From positions 10,354,001 through 10,418,000 of the forward strand of contig CM120647.1 in NCBI GenBank assembly GCA_051362555.1: a DNA stretch of 64,000 bases. Reading direction: 5' to 3'. Source of the DNA: Lingula anatina (lineage: Eukaryota > Animalia > Brachiopoda). Of this stretch, positions 27,653 to 41,297 are shown piece after piece; positions within the stretch are counted from its first letter, which is position 1, and every line of letters begins with the position of its first letter. The notes beneath the pieces are model-generated. The model saw nothing but the letters and a program-made list of their open reading frames with translations, was not told where the DNA came from and made no database searches. A program made the position numbers and the translations under genes.

Positions 27653-28737
27653 TGCTTTACAAATATTGTTAGCAAAAGTGCACACCTGCTCAGAGAAAGA
27701 GACCGTTTTGTTGCGCAATGATACAAAGCTAGGACAGAAGATAAAATTTGGATCCTAGTACAAAGAGAAGGAGTAGATTACAGAAAATAATTTCAAGTGG
27801 AAAAGTCTTTTGTGTAAAAATCTTCAATCGCGTCTACTGTTTGCAGGTAGTAAGCACATGTATGATAAGATATTTCAGCATGGCCACCGACCAAAGAGTT
27901 CAAAGGTAAGCAGTACGGAAGGTTGGGGACGTGTAACGGTCAGAAAATTAATTTTGATGATTTTACCCCTTGTTCGATTTCCCATCAAAACAGGTACGCG
28001 AAGCTTTCAGAACACTTTCTCTTTCTTCCTTCAAGGGGCGACATTAACGGTCAAATAATCGATGTTCATGATTTGATCTTTTATTTTGTATGCGGTCACT
28101 GATTCCGATTTGCACTGTCCAAATTACGGCGGGAGTTCACTGCACCGGTCACATGGCCCGTGGCGAAGAAAAAACTACGATCACAGACGTTTATTTATTT
28201 ATTATCAAGCTATATGTATGTATTCGATGTCATTTGATCATGTTTTCCTTTATAGGAGATCGCACATAAATTGCAATGGTCATTATTTATTTATAGCGGG
28301 TTTCGGGGTATGATAACACGTGGAGGTGAGTGACAATATGTTAGGAAATTTTGAAGAAAAAGAGCGATGCCCACGAGGGTAGTGTTTGGGTTTCACTCGT
28401 TAATACAGACCCCCCCCTTAATGCTTCTAGTAAATGTGAATTTTATGTGCAAATATGCGGAAAAAGGAGTGGGCAAATATCTAATATAAAAAAAACACGA
28501 AAGTAGATCATGCGCTACTACTGCTACTATTTAATAAAAATAATAATAATACATTTATAATAATAAACAGTGAGGTCATAGCTGTATCAATGAAAATAAA
28601 TCTATGTGGACTTTTATTTAAATAATATAAATCAGCGGAAATTAAATGTACAAAAAGAAAGAGGTGATATTTTATTTTGTGGATTCTTAGGTGACGAGGT
28701 GGCTACCTTACACCGGCGTGGTTGTAAGTTACACGTT

Positions 28738-28810
28738 TTTATTATTTTATTATTATTATTATTATTTTATTTATTATTATTATTATTATTATTTATTTTA
28801 TTTTATTTTT
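28738..28810. repeat. (ATT)n-rich simple repeat
   Basis: Directly visible. Confidence 0.85.
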
Positions 28811-30940
28811 GAGGAGGGGGGGGGGGTGAGAAAAGCGAAAAAATGATTAGCAGAAAAAGAAAACGTGCATAGACCACAGACTACCAGTAATAAGTGGACG
28901 AGACACATCGAGTTTCGTGGCTATAAGTCACTAGAAATCATTACATTTACATTAATAAACATTTGTTCGTTTGACGAGACCAATCTGATCTCACAAGATC
29001 AAGTTTTATTGCTTTAAGGTTTATGAAGCTATTTTCATACACAATGCCGCGGTGTGTTCCAGAAGTCACAGTGGACGAGGCGCGTGACCACCTGAAAGGG
29101 CCAAAATAGAAATGACCATCGCCTCTGGGGTTTCCTTTACAGAAGATCAATTTCCTCAGGGTCGGACCTTTGTGGTCATCAATTGGTCATTGAACCATTG
29201 ACCCCTTGTTACTGCTTCGGCCTTCCCCAGCAGAGCGTTCCCCTATTGACGACAAAGGTCTTATCCTCAGGATATTGTGCGGTGCGCTTGCACGTGCGCG
29301 CGCATGTTATTGTGGGCGCATACAAACTAAACATCAGGGTCATCTGCCCCCCCCCCCCCCCCCCCCCTTTCATGATTTTCATTTTGATCATAGATTAGGC
29401 ATTTTAATGTTATCGTTAATTATAGGCAGTCCATCTTTGGGATAACGGAACGCAGCTTACAGCAGGAAGGGAAAGGCCGTCTTATGTTATAGTTATTACT
29501 ATTCTTTAGACAACGTTACCCTCTAATAGAGCCGCAGATTAATTTTGTGCAATTTTCTCTAGCGCGACACAGCAGAGAATCGTGTCATGAATTAACCAGA
29601 GACATATCTGTGAATATATAGTGAAAAATCAATCTGTGATCCTGGTAGAGGGTAAGAAAGCGTAATCTGACGAACAGCTGAACTTGTACTCACTGGAAAC
29701 GGATTTTTTTGCTACTTCGCAATCAGATTTACACTTTGTTATTCTCAAAAGATAATTTAATCTTTTTTTTATAATTTCTTTTATCTGCGCGAAATATTAA
29801 ACTATTTTTCTCTGACGTTTTAAGCTTGCAATAACGTTGTTTGCGCAGCTTATCTATCGCTTTTGCTGGGAGAGCGATTCTTTTTCAATTGAATTCTTTC
29901 TTCAATGTGACACTGAACATTTGAAAATGATTTATGAATGTTGCTCGTGTCATTTCGTTTTGTTGTTAATAGGCCTCACACCTACGTAATTTCGGTAATT
30001 TTGGTGTTGTGAATATTCCAAGTGGATTATAATTGATGTCATGTTCACCGATAACCCCGCTGCCGTCACGAAATTCTCATTGAAAACTACGATTACCGTA
30101 TCGGATGTCCTTCGCATCATCCCTTCTTTTTACGAATCCAGGGAGTTTTTTTTTTTTTCTTTCGTGTTAATAAAACATTCTATATGCACGTAAAATTTTT
30201 GAAATTGTAGTTATGCGAAATTTTGTCAAATATTATGTATAAATAGATACCGTTATGAGGTTCGTTGTTATTTTATTTATTAAGTGGTCTGTCTTGGATG
30301 AGCCATTTGGAAAGTTTTGAGTAAAGTCAAAGGAAACGGGAGCCGTTTTATTGTGAAATACTGGCGAGAATTCTATCCCCCTGTGACTTTTACGATTTGT
30401 TTATCGACTTTGAACCCTTTTGTGTTCCACGTTATTTATTGTTGTTTTTTTCCTGACTTTTGTAAAATTCATTTCATCGTGCCCCCTGCAATATTTGTGT
30501 TGCGGGCAATAAGAGATTAGCATTGATTCTATGATATTATACGCTGGGTTACTAGAGGAGAAGCAGTAATTTTGCGACTATGGCTCTCGGCCTATAGAGC
30601 AGTCACACTCGCCATTATCGGTGAAAGCCTCAACAATCGACTCACAAATCAGTCAATGGAAAGGAATTATACAGCGGAAATGTAATCCCCAAATTGATCC
30701 GCACACACGTATTGAAAACGTGATTACTTTTTGACTTTTGGTATTGGTAAACAGACAGGATATGATTAATATTGTGACGTGTTGAAAGGGAGGGGCTTTT
30801 TTGACTTGTTCAAAACCAGGGATTTAGCACGCGTCTGGTTACGTGCTGTCTGCTCTATGTCTGGTGAACTCGAAATATTTATTTTATCAATCATTGCTTT
30901 TTGGACACGTACACACAGATATTATATTTACGTACATGGT

Positions 30941-31106
30941 CACGGGCGGATCCAGAGATATTTTCTGACAGTCTTCCAAATTATCTTGTTGATCTATCCT
31001 CTATTTTTGACCGTCTTTCGACAAAAAAAAATTAGATACCTGTCAATGTAAACTTGAAAATCTGAGCGTCTTCGGGAAGACCCTGAAGACGGCCTCAATC
31101 CGCCCC
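30941..31106. mobile_element. Old hAT-like MITE
   Basis: CACGGGCGGATCCAG ... AATCCGCCCCC imperfect TIR, same terminus class as the elements at 361 and 1280. Confidence 0.45.
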
Positions 31107-31962
31107 CATTGGATATACCCGTATCAATTCTGTCTCAACTCGATAAATCGTCCATTTTTGCTTTGAAAAAAAAAAAAATGGGGGGAAAGAGAGGAAGAAA
31201 AATGCATGAAGTCAGATAATGTCGATAAATGTATATGATCTGTTAAAGATATAAAAAACAAACTTATTTAATTTGTCGTAAAATCGAATGCAAAAAAAAA
31301 AAAAAAATGTACGCAAGGCAAGAATTTCGGCATAAACCGCGAAGATTCGCAAACGGGTCGAACAAAACCGCTTGTGGTCCTGTGGTGGTCTGTGGCTTAT
31401 TTGAACGACCAGGTGATCACTTCACAATTTACTCTCTTTTTGTGCCGTATAATGACACCAGAGTAGCAAGGACATTAAAGGAACAAAATGCTTTCGATGG
31501 GGGCATTTGTGTGGAGACAAACAGCCGAATTTGTCACCCTGTTCAGGACATGAGGAGAGTGTTTGGACGCTTTTGTCGGGCCACAGGTGACAAGGGGAGC
31601 AAGGCAAGTGTCATTGTCCCCGTCCGCGCTATTAATTACACAGATCATCCACTTCACTAGGCGCTTTGGTCCCCCTGATGGATTGGATACGCAGAAGAAG
31701 TGCAGCCCCCCGTGTTGTATTGAAATGTAGTTATTTCTGTGAAAAATGGAATCTATCGAGTTTTGTTTTATTTTGAGATTGGGGGAAATAACCAGGGGTC
31801 GGCAGCAGTCAACTGTGAGGCCTTGATAAAAACTGCAAGGTCGATTTTGTATTAGATTGCGCGTGGGTTATGTGATAACGGTGTGTGCGCGCGTGCATAT
31901 CTGCGTTTTATTATGGCAGCAAGTGTCATTGCAGATCAAGTAATTTAAACCTTATTTGCCGG

Positions 31963-31998
31963 TGTGTGAGTGTGTGTGTGTGTGTGTTTGTGTGTGTA

Positions 31999-32039
<41 letters not shown>
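31963..32039. repeat. Compound (GT)n(GA)n microsatellite
   Basis: Directly visible. Confidence 0.9.
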
Positions 32040-32043
<4 letters not shown>

Positions 32044-35000
32044 CCTGTTTCCCTCTACAGAAAGGCTAATTCAAGACAGGCTACTAATCTATCAGGAGAT
32101 CCTAAAATATTGTAATGTTTTCGCTTCTTCATTTACGTGTTTTATGGCAAGCGTAAAGGTCAAACACCCAATTTCCTTAAAACATTTAGCATTCAATAAT
32201 TAAGATGCCGACGAGGTTAAGTTCTGAAGTTTTGTCCAGGTTGCAAGCTTCACCGCACTGGCCAAGATTTACCCCGGGACGACAAGAGTACACAAGTCCA
32301 CGTGAAAACCCATCGTAACACCTCCTAGCTCTGGCACTGTCAGAACTCACTCACCCACACAAATCTCTATGAACGAGTGTATATCAAACAGAAGAAATTT
32401 TCAATCAGGACCGATCAGAAATTCCGCCACTGTAAAATATTTTCTTTTACGGTTATGGAAATTTCGGTCACAGTTCACTGCGGATGAGTGGAATGCCACA
32501 AATCTTAATCACTGGAGCGGTTTTGTTTAATTAAAACTCCAAAATAAAGATTTATTGATCATTTGTAATGGCAACATTTCCGACTATTGTGCCTTTTTGA
32601 TACCAACTCGCTACTGTTAAATGGAGCATTTTAGGGTCCGGTCGGCAACTGTTTGGAGTGTAATGACCTCATAAATGAGGGTTACGACATTAATAGTAAC
32701 CGTCCCTGTGATACTACGCTACACGTAAATGAAATGAAAAGGACCAAGTGGGTTTTTGACGCGCGACAAGCGCACGTTGCACGCCATTAGTCATATCACC
32801 TTCGTTTGTGACGTAAGCCAACGTGGTCATCGCGTGCATTTTGTAACTTTGATATGACATCTATATAGGACAGTACTCTGTTTTCCCCTTATAATGCACT
32901 CGATGCATTTTCAAAGAATATTCTTCTTTTTATGTGCCAGAAAAGTAATCCATTGTCAATCTTGTCCGTTCCCCCGTGCACCCAGACCTGTAAAAACGGA
33001 AATATGTATAAACATGGGGTTTTGACATGACAGTTAAACGAAAAAAATTGATTTATTAATTAACAAGCCCTAGTTCTCATCGCTGTCAAGCTTATATCAA
33101 AGGTGAGAATATTGACCTTTTTAATTAGCTCGGACAATTTCAAAGACTTGGAGTGAGCTAACGCATCTTTTACGCAAGAGTTCCAAACATTTGACGTTAA
33201 GAGTGAAGAAAATAAATATGCTTCACACAGCAAGATTGAAAAAAAATCCCCTCTTTTAGGAGTTTTTGTCAGTTTTGTGACAAAGAAGGAGAATAGAAAC
33301 AGTTAATCAGCTAATATTGGACTTTGTGTGAGATATGAAAGAATATTGGAAATTCAGGGATGGGACAGAGAGTTTTTCTATAGTGCCATAAGACGTTTCT
33401 GTTGTGAAGGCACACCGGGTGGAGGTGGGGGGCGGGGGGGGGGGGGGAGCGAGGAGGAGGGGCCGTATTAGTGCTTTCTCCATCTAATGGTCCACATATT
33501 GCACATCCTCAGATTTGTAGAAAAAAAAAGCTAGAAAAAAGTACTGACTAGTGGCAAGCTCTGTAACTAACAGCCTAGGGTAAATAATCAAAATACGGAT
33601 AAAAACACACGCAAACAATGATTAAATCTAATGATTTTGGTTGGATTTGAATTCAACAAAAGTTTAAAATGATGAGGGCAGATTTACCTTCTACCAGGAC
33701 CACAGATGAATTTTTCACTATATATTCACAGATATGTCTCTGGTTAACTCTTCACACTTTTCTCTGCTTTGTCCAGAAAGATTTTTTTGTATGGAATGAA
33801 TACTGTCGGTCAACTGGACTCTAGTATAGACAAGGGCAGGCTGTTGAAATATCTTTACAGGTTTCATTTCATTCGAAGTGTGCACTGTGTACAGTAGAAA
33901 TATAAATTGGTATATCTGTACGTTAAAATATCGTCATCTCAAATCAGTATTATTACTATTATACAAATTCCTCAACTGGGTTGTGGCAAACACGAAACAG
34001 ACAGGAGAAGGCAAATCACTAAAGAATAACACAGAAATACACAGAAAAGTCACATCAAGCTGATTATTTTGGGGAGACAGACATTAGTGTTCAGGTAGAT
34101 AGATTTGGGGATGTTAAGCAAGAAAAATTTTCACTCCAACTTCAATCTGCACTGCACCTCTCGCGATAACTCACCTCCAGAAAAAAATTACCTAGCAGTT
34201 CTCTCTCTCAGACCCGTTACTTTACTTATACAAAGCAACCTGTTACTGTTGAATTCCGACTGAGGGGTGAAAGTAATATAATAATCGGGACTACGAGGGC
34301 AGGTTACGGCCATTTTGTCTGCCCGTCCGAGTGAATAATTTGCTTAAGCAAGTGCTCGCTTTTATCAGCCGCAAAATCGCTGAAATCAATAAACCTCAAC
34401 ACAAAGCTTGCGGGATCTTTTCTTCTCAGTCTTTAGAGTTGTTCCGAACTGTTACGATCTGTAACCAAAGTCACCATTCACAGGGGGAAGGATAAATATT
34501 TTCACAGTTAGATTAAAAAAAGGGAATTGTAAAGCCGTCATAGCGAGCCGTCACCCAAGTCTGCCACGCCCTATCTCGAGATTGCTACTGTATCCATGTC
34601 AATTACACGCGCGAAGACCTGTCAGTCACGCTGCCACGTCACGGTCTGATATCGACCATAGAAGTAGAGAAAATGGAATGCCAACTTCAAATCTCGCAGG
34701 CCGAGCTTGTGACCCCGAGAGTTGGGCGAGAGTTGGGGAGTTTCACTTCCGGTTTCCATGCCGCTGCATTCAACTCACGCTCTACATGTTTCAATAACTA
34801 CTATTCATAGCGACTAGAGCTAGTTTTTACGATAATGTGATTTGCTATGGCGTAAACAGGAGTCTGGACATTCTAACTGCAGTTTTTATGGTGTGAAAAC
34901 GGAATCATTAAAACCCAAAGCGCTTTATTTGGTGCGTGTGACAGAGTGTATTACCGAAGTCGAAGATAACACGGAATATAATTTAGCAATGTAAGTAATA

Positions 35001-36389
35001 ACTTTTGTATTTTAATACAATATTGTGTTTTTTAAGCGTAAATTTAAGGAGTGAGAGGCTCATTCATGATATGATCTGTCCTTGAATACAATGGTCGTCT
35101 GACGCCGATTGTTTTCCGTTTATCCCTCAAGTGTCCATGTACTGTACGGTCTTCGAGAAATCTGTGAACTAAATGTCGTTATCCAAGCTGTTAATAAAAG
35201 CACAGAATATTTATACATATAAATATTACATATTTAGTTGTCCCCTTTTAATTTTATGCATTTGTACAAGCAAAATACGAACAACATGTTTAATAAGAAA
35301 AAATGGAAATATCAAAGTCATACTTGGAGTTGTGCCATACCACCAGAGGATCATTGCAACACTAAACTAGATCAGTTATAGCTGGTTATTACTCCTGGAG
35401 ATATAGCTTCAACATATAATTAAGATATACCTGACTATGTAGGACTAATAATAATAATAATTTATTAGAAATGTAAATTTTTATTCTGTTCTTTTCAAGG
35501 GTGTCAAGAAGGAGTTTCTGTTGTGTTATTCTATGCAGTGCCTCTTCACAGAAGTGCAAGGGTCTTTCTTTCCACAGCTTGCCTAAGGTAAAATTGAAGC
35601 AACACAAAATAATAATCAAGCAAACCATTTTATTATTATCTCTTTTGCACCTTTTCACAGTTGAATAACTTACTTCTTTCACAATAATTATATATAAAAC
35701 GACAATTTATTAAATCTCATAATGTTCAATATTTTACACCTTCATATGCCAGCTTTTGATTCCACAAAGAAACTCCCATTTCTAAGGCGAGTACAAGAAT
35801 TAAGGTGGTACATGTATCTTTTCATATCCACAGGAGTGTCTGAGGTTTCAGACAAATGGAGAAGTCAGCTGATCCACTGCATCAACAGATGTGACAGCTA
35901 CTTCAATCCTGAGAAAGTCAAGATCTGTTCCAGTTATTTGAAGCACTGTTTCATTAAATGTATGTGTACATTCAGGCTGTATAATTGGGGGATGAATATT
36001 ATCTCATGAAAGTTTATTGAACTCGATTGAAATGAATTAACATCCCTTTCACCTCCTTATTACAACTTAAATTCAACATTGCTGTTTGCTTACCAAATGA
36101 GGACTTATGTCTCGGTTTCAAAGCTTTATTTTTTACATCAGACATTTAGCAGTGCACACATGTATGGTGAAACTGATTGTAGTTACATACAAATTGAGAC
36201 TATCCTTACTTTAAAAGAAATCTATAAATTAAGAAATGTGCATAATAAGGGCAGAATTTGTACATTTAGCATGTTATGTAGAACTAAAATGGCAGTCTGG
36301 AATAACAGAATTAGAGCATTGGAAAAATGTATCTGTATAGGAAATTTTTTCCTAAAATTTTTTAATTTCCATCAACATAGGCTGCATTT

Positions 36390-36962
36390 GTAGTGATAGA
36401 TGCAAGTCTGCCTTGTGACTTAGCAGCCTGCAATGTCTGCTTCTGGCTGTGTACTTTTATCTCCGAGTTGACTCAGTTTTTCCTTGTTATCACTTCCCCT
36501 TCATCTATGTTTCAGTTTGCTGACTACAAAAACCACCAATCATTATAGTGTGTGATGTCTACCTCTGTCCGTTTGATGGAATCGACAACATTTTCTGCAC
36601 TAGTAGGGCTGATGAAATGTGCATCCAGGACTTAACTGAAGATCTCAACTGCCAACCAGACTGCTGTAATGTCTTGTATGCTGGTTGTAGCAGTGAAGAT
36701 AGCTGACTGGGATGCCTCTCTGTTCAGCCTGGAGACCTTGGACTTCTTTACCAAACAGGGAGATATATTGTCCCAAAAGGTTGCAGAAACCTGAAACTAA
36801 ATTAGAACTGTATGCTAGTGATGCACGTTTTTTAAAAGTACTAATGGCAGAGTACAACCAATTATGTCTGACTCCAGATTTTGACATATCCAAGAATATT
36901 GCTGTTTGAGAAATCCGTTTCAATACGACATCTTTATTTTTAACTATGGCTATGTAAAACAT
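36390..36962 (-). pseudogene. Frameshifted coding remnant inside the P-like element
   Basis: Joining across frameshifts gives ...EVDITHY/MIGGF/VVSKLKHR*...LQAAKSQGRLASIT. This resembles the YIxG(Y/F)VxxKL...RGxL motif pair of P/THAP9-type transposase C-termini. Stops and frameshifts are present. Confidence 0.45.
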
Positions 36963-37533
36963 TGGCTTTTAAATGTATACTGACAGTCAATAAAATCATA
37001 GCATTTATTTATCAAATAATATTTTAAGTTCCTTTGGCACATTAAGAAAATGACAGTTTTCATGTGAAATATGACACATTATTCAGTCACACATTTCACT
37101 CTTTTATGACCAAAAGAGAGTTGGAATCGATTCTCGTTAAAAAAAGGACAAGAACGTTTTCTGATGCACTTTCACTGTCTGTCACCATATATTAAAGAAT
37201 AATCCATAGTATAACATAAACAAGAGCTGAGAAAAAAATCGAGTATGCAGGCAAGAAAAAGTTACCATTATAATAAACTATGCAGGCAAGGAAAAGTTAC
37301 CATTATTAAAAACAGGTTGAAATACTATTGTGATTAAGTTCAACCCAATATTGCATTTACACTTTAAAATAAATTAATTGCACCAATAGTATTCTATGGG
37401 TCAGATGTATGAGGCTTCAAGCTGTGTGAACAGGTGCTGATATTATTTAAGGAAAATTTAAGGTGTAAAATCAAGCACTTCCAAATTAGCTATCTTAAGT
37501 GATGGCATCAGATAACCCATGGTTTGCAGCTAA

Positions 37534-38500
37534 GGCCACACTTTTTTAATTTTATGGATGACATCCTGCGCGCGCACGGATTTTCGCCCGTTCTCCAAAA
37601 AAAAAAAAAAAAAAGCCCCCCCCCCCCCCAGCCCCCAACGAAGTCGGTTGTCGCAAACGTTGTTATTGAATTTGCAAGGAAATGAGCTTTCTGCGCATGC
37701 GTATTTTCGCCACGTGGAAATGCGGCCACTTTGCTGTCAAATTCATCTCTAGGATTACTTTCAAATTACACAACAATAAAAGTCATCAAGAGAACGGGCG
37801 CCATTGTTTTGGATTGGTATGCCATTGATATTGGGCATGGAGATATCACCTTTTTACAATTGTACGAAAGGCTGGCGGCGGCCGAAACATTTCTGTGACA
37901 TTCTGTATAAAGCAGCACATTAATACCAGGTTTTCTGTAGCAAAAAAAGGGTCGACAAGGGCGTTGAGGTATTTGGTGGGCTGAAGGTCGGACAGGCCAC
38001 CTGACAGTTTAGCTGCTTCGTATGAGTTGAAGTTGGCAAAATGGCATCGTCTGAAATGACCTTTAATAGATTTGGTAGTATTAAGCATATCTTTGCATCA
38101 TTTTTTAAACATTTCTGTGAAGTGTTCAAAATGTTTTAATATTCTGAGAATACAAATGAAGACGCACTGATTGATATTTGTTTTATTGATTGCTATACCA
38201 AATGAATGCATGAAATAACCTTTAATAGATTTGGTAATATGAAGTATATCAATTCATGACTTTTTTTTACATTTCTACGAAGTATTCACAATGCTTTAAT
38301 ATTTTGAGAGCATGGATAAAGACATATTGTTAGTTTGATACGTGTTTCTGTGGTTAAATTTGTGTTTCCAGCTGTGTACTGACAGCATTCCTTTACTTAA
38401 GCATTTTTTTTTTTTTGGAGTTTTTTTTTTTTTTTCGCCCTCTCGCACCGATTTTGGGGTACCCAGAGGATGTCATCCATAAAAATAAAAAAGTGTGGCC
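37534..38500. mobile_element. PIF/Harbinger-like non-autonomous element nested in the P-like transposon
   Basis: TIR GGCCACACTTTTTTAwTTTTATGGATGACATCC at both ends (1 mismatch), 3-bp TSD TAA (37531-37533, 38501-38503), and an internal diverged duplication of about 158-bp period (38055-38330). Confidence 0.85.
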
Positions 38501-41189
38501 TAAGAGTAGAAAAAAAATTTAATAATAATAATAATAATAAATAAATAAAATTTAAAAAATAATAAAATAAAAAAAATGAAATAAACAGAGGAGAAAATAA
38601 CAAACTATAAAATGCTTTTAAAGATAGATGAGGCATGATGTATTACATGGAAAACGAGTAAAAACATTTTTATATAGTTTTGGAAGTGCGTGGTATAATT
38701 AAGGCACAGGAAATAATTTATTTTTTGGATTTCTTGAACATTAGACTGAAATATTACCATGTTCAAGAGTGTATTAAACAATTGCAAAATATCTCTAAAC
38801 TGAAATCATTGTATTTTCTAAATGTTTCAGCTGAAGATGCTTTATGTATTTATATCTGATTTCTCTAAATTTCACTGTTCTTATCATATACTGATGATTG
38901 ATCAAAGTAGACAAGAAAACATTCCATAGAAATATAAAAATTTTATATGCAGGTCAAGAGTAAAATTCATTTGCTATTATTGTTATTATGTATGCAGTAA
39001 CAGCTGTTATTGCTACTATAACTGATACATATTTGGAACTTTGTAATTTTGATAAAAGCCTTGAAATACTGAAATAAATATATTCTTTAACAATGTACCT
39101 TTTGAAGTTTCCTTTTGCATATTTATAGCTGCTGTATGTCAACAAAATGCTGGATGCAGCTTTTCCAGGGATTGCTCCACTAATTGTGAGATTTCAGTCA
39201 CCTGAAGTAGTAAATTTACAAAAGCACTGTCAACAAATTATTTTTGTATTTGTATCATGTTTCATTATTAATGTAAATGCATAATATCTAACGAAAAGGA
39301 ATGTACTGTTCCAATTTCCATGTAACTATAAAATGTTTAATCATATAAAAATGTTCTCAAACAAAAAAAAAATGTTCAGAAAGATGGTTATTTTTATTTA
39401 TTGCAACATACTAGGGTGGTGCTACTGGTTGCGTGGTGCTCTGTACGGCGAGTTGCAGCATACTGAATCTCTCTTCAAAATCATCCTATAAACAGAAAAT
39501 TTACTTAAAATTTTGGAAAAAATAACTTACAACAAATACAAAATTTTAATGATAATGAATGTGAGTAGGATTCAACTTAATGAGGTGATTTAATATCGGT
39601 AGTAAAAAATTATTGGGTTGCCTTTTCCTTGGCAGGAAAATTGCTAGCAGCCTTGTATTTAGTTGTAAACAAAAGCATTAAATATCAAATTCCCTAGTTA
39701 AGGGACAGAATTTTATTCCGACTTTTTTCAAGTATGATGTGCAGTCAAACTACAGTTCACGGCTAGTTCGGACTTATATTCCGTTGCTGTACAGATATAT
39801 CATTACTTGATCACGACAGGGAAAGTAAAACTCTGCCGGCTGTCCACGTGCTTTGTGTGAGATCGCTCGATTATCGTCGATTTTATCCACATGCTGCAAT
39901 CCAGCTTCGTTTAATCAAGCTAAGAGACAGACTTACCTCCAATAATGTCAACTTCCGAGGCCATTATTAATCAAATTGAACCAAAAATCTGTCAATATGA
40001 CGCTCAATTGTCTTAGCACGCCTGCTCCCCATTCACATGTAGTGCAACGAAAGTTGACCGGAAGTAAAACTACCCAACTCTCGCCCAACTCTCGTGGTCA
40101 CAAGCTCATAACACAGAGGGCAATACAAATCTCGCGGGAGTTGGCATTCCATTTTCTCTACTTCTATGTATCGACGATGTTGTTTTCATCATGGTTACGC
40201 CGCGTGCGCATGTTGATTTCATGTCGATTTCGTCAGGGCGCGTGCCGCATTATTAATCGCCGTGTTACCAAAAACACAGCCGCACAAAGCATCGCCTCAG
40301 AGATAAATATATAACATAATAACGATATTGGACTCCCGACTTTATAACGACAATACCGAAACAAAGGTCGGGAAGTAATCGATGGGGCCCGATTTCACCA
40401 CAGACATTCTTTAATGTGTCATTTCTGTCAATTAACACGAGGAAATGATGTAATTCATCATGAATCTTTAATTCAACTTTCGTTTGACATCGGGCCGGAG
40501 TCGATGCGTTCCTTTGTCGAGGCGACTGTCTTGAAATTATCGTAGTATTGACTGGTATTAAATGTGGATCACGCTGCACTGGATGTTGACTAAGATTCTG
40601 TAACCTGATTCAGTTAAAGTGCTTATTAAGAAAGATTAATTGTTATATCCCCTAATTTGTAGCATGATCCAATACAGGCCGTGGCCACGGTGTTTTATTG
40701 TGTCAATCCTCTTATATCAGTTTTTAAGCCTGTTCGATTTTACCTGTTAAAAATAGTTTTAGCAGTGTTGTGGTACACTAGACCTACCCAGACTAGACTA
40801 AACCTTGCTCCCGTATTCAGAGCTATTTAAAAGAAATTGTGATATCGGACATATTTGGAGACATCACTCACGATTGGACTGCATTGGCATAAACACGAAC
40901 CCGTGGCGACGAAAAGACATTTAATCGTATCTTTTGAAAAGAAAAAAATAGCACAGATAATTACTCATCGAGTTACACATTCTATTTTCAAAGAATTAAA
41001 CCCGATCTTGTTTGAATTAGAAAACTGGTCTTAAAAGATTGACGGAAAGGCATTTTATATTCCAAATAATTCAGGACCCAATATAGGCCTCTGGATCCTA
41101 GTAATGGTAAAACAATTTTGTATACGTACAAATTATATTTTTTATGGCAGCGTCCTATTTTATCAAGCATATTAAACCTTTAGTTTGCC

Positions 41190-41216
41190 TGTGTGCGTGC
41201 GTCTGCGTGTGTATGC

Positions 41217-41271
<55 letters not shown>

Positions 41272-41297
41272 AAGGAGAGATAGAGGGGAGAGAGAGA
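41190..41297. repeat. Compound (GT)n(GA)n microsatellite
   Basis: Directly visible. Confidence 0.9.

Larger units (their letters stand above)
34657..40168. mobile_element. 5.5-kb DNA transposon, P-superfamily-like, apparently non-autonomous
   Basis: Perfect 30-bp TIR CATAGAAGTAGAGAAAATGGAATGCCAACT (34657-34686 / 40139-40168). A second inverted block GAGCTTGTGACCmCGAGAGTTGGGCGAGAGTTGGGkAGTTTyACTTCCGGT lies further inside. Exact 7-bp TSD TATCGAC (34650-34656, 40169-40175). CA...TG ends with a 7-8 bp TSD are characteristic of P elements. Confidence 0.9.

Noticed and set aside
32429-32660. CACT...AGTG ends suggestive of a CACTA-type element
   Set aside because: Only 4-5 bp of terminal match, compatible with chance.
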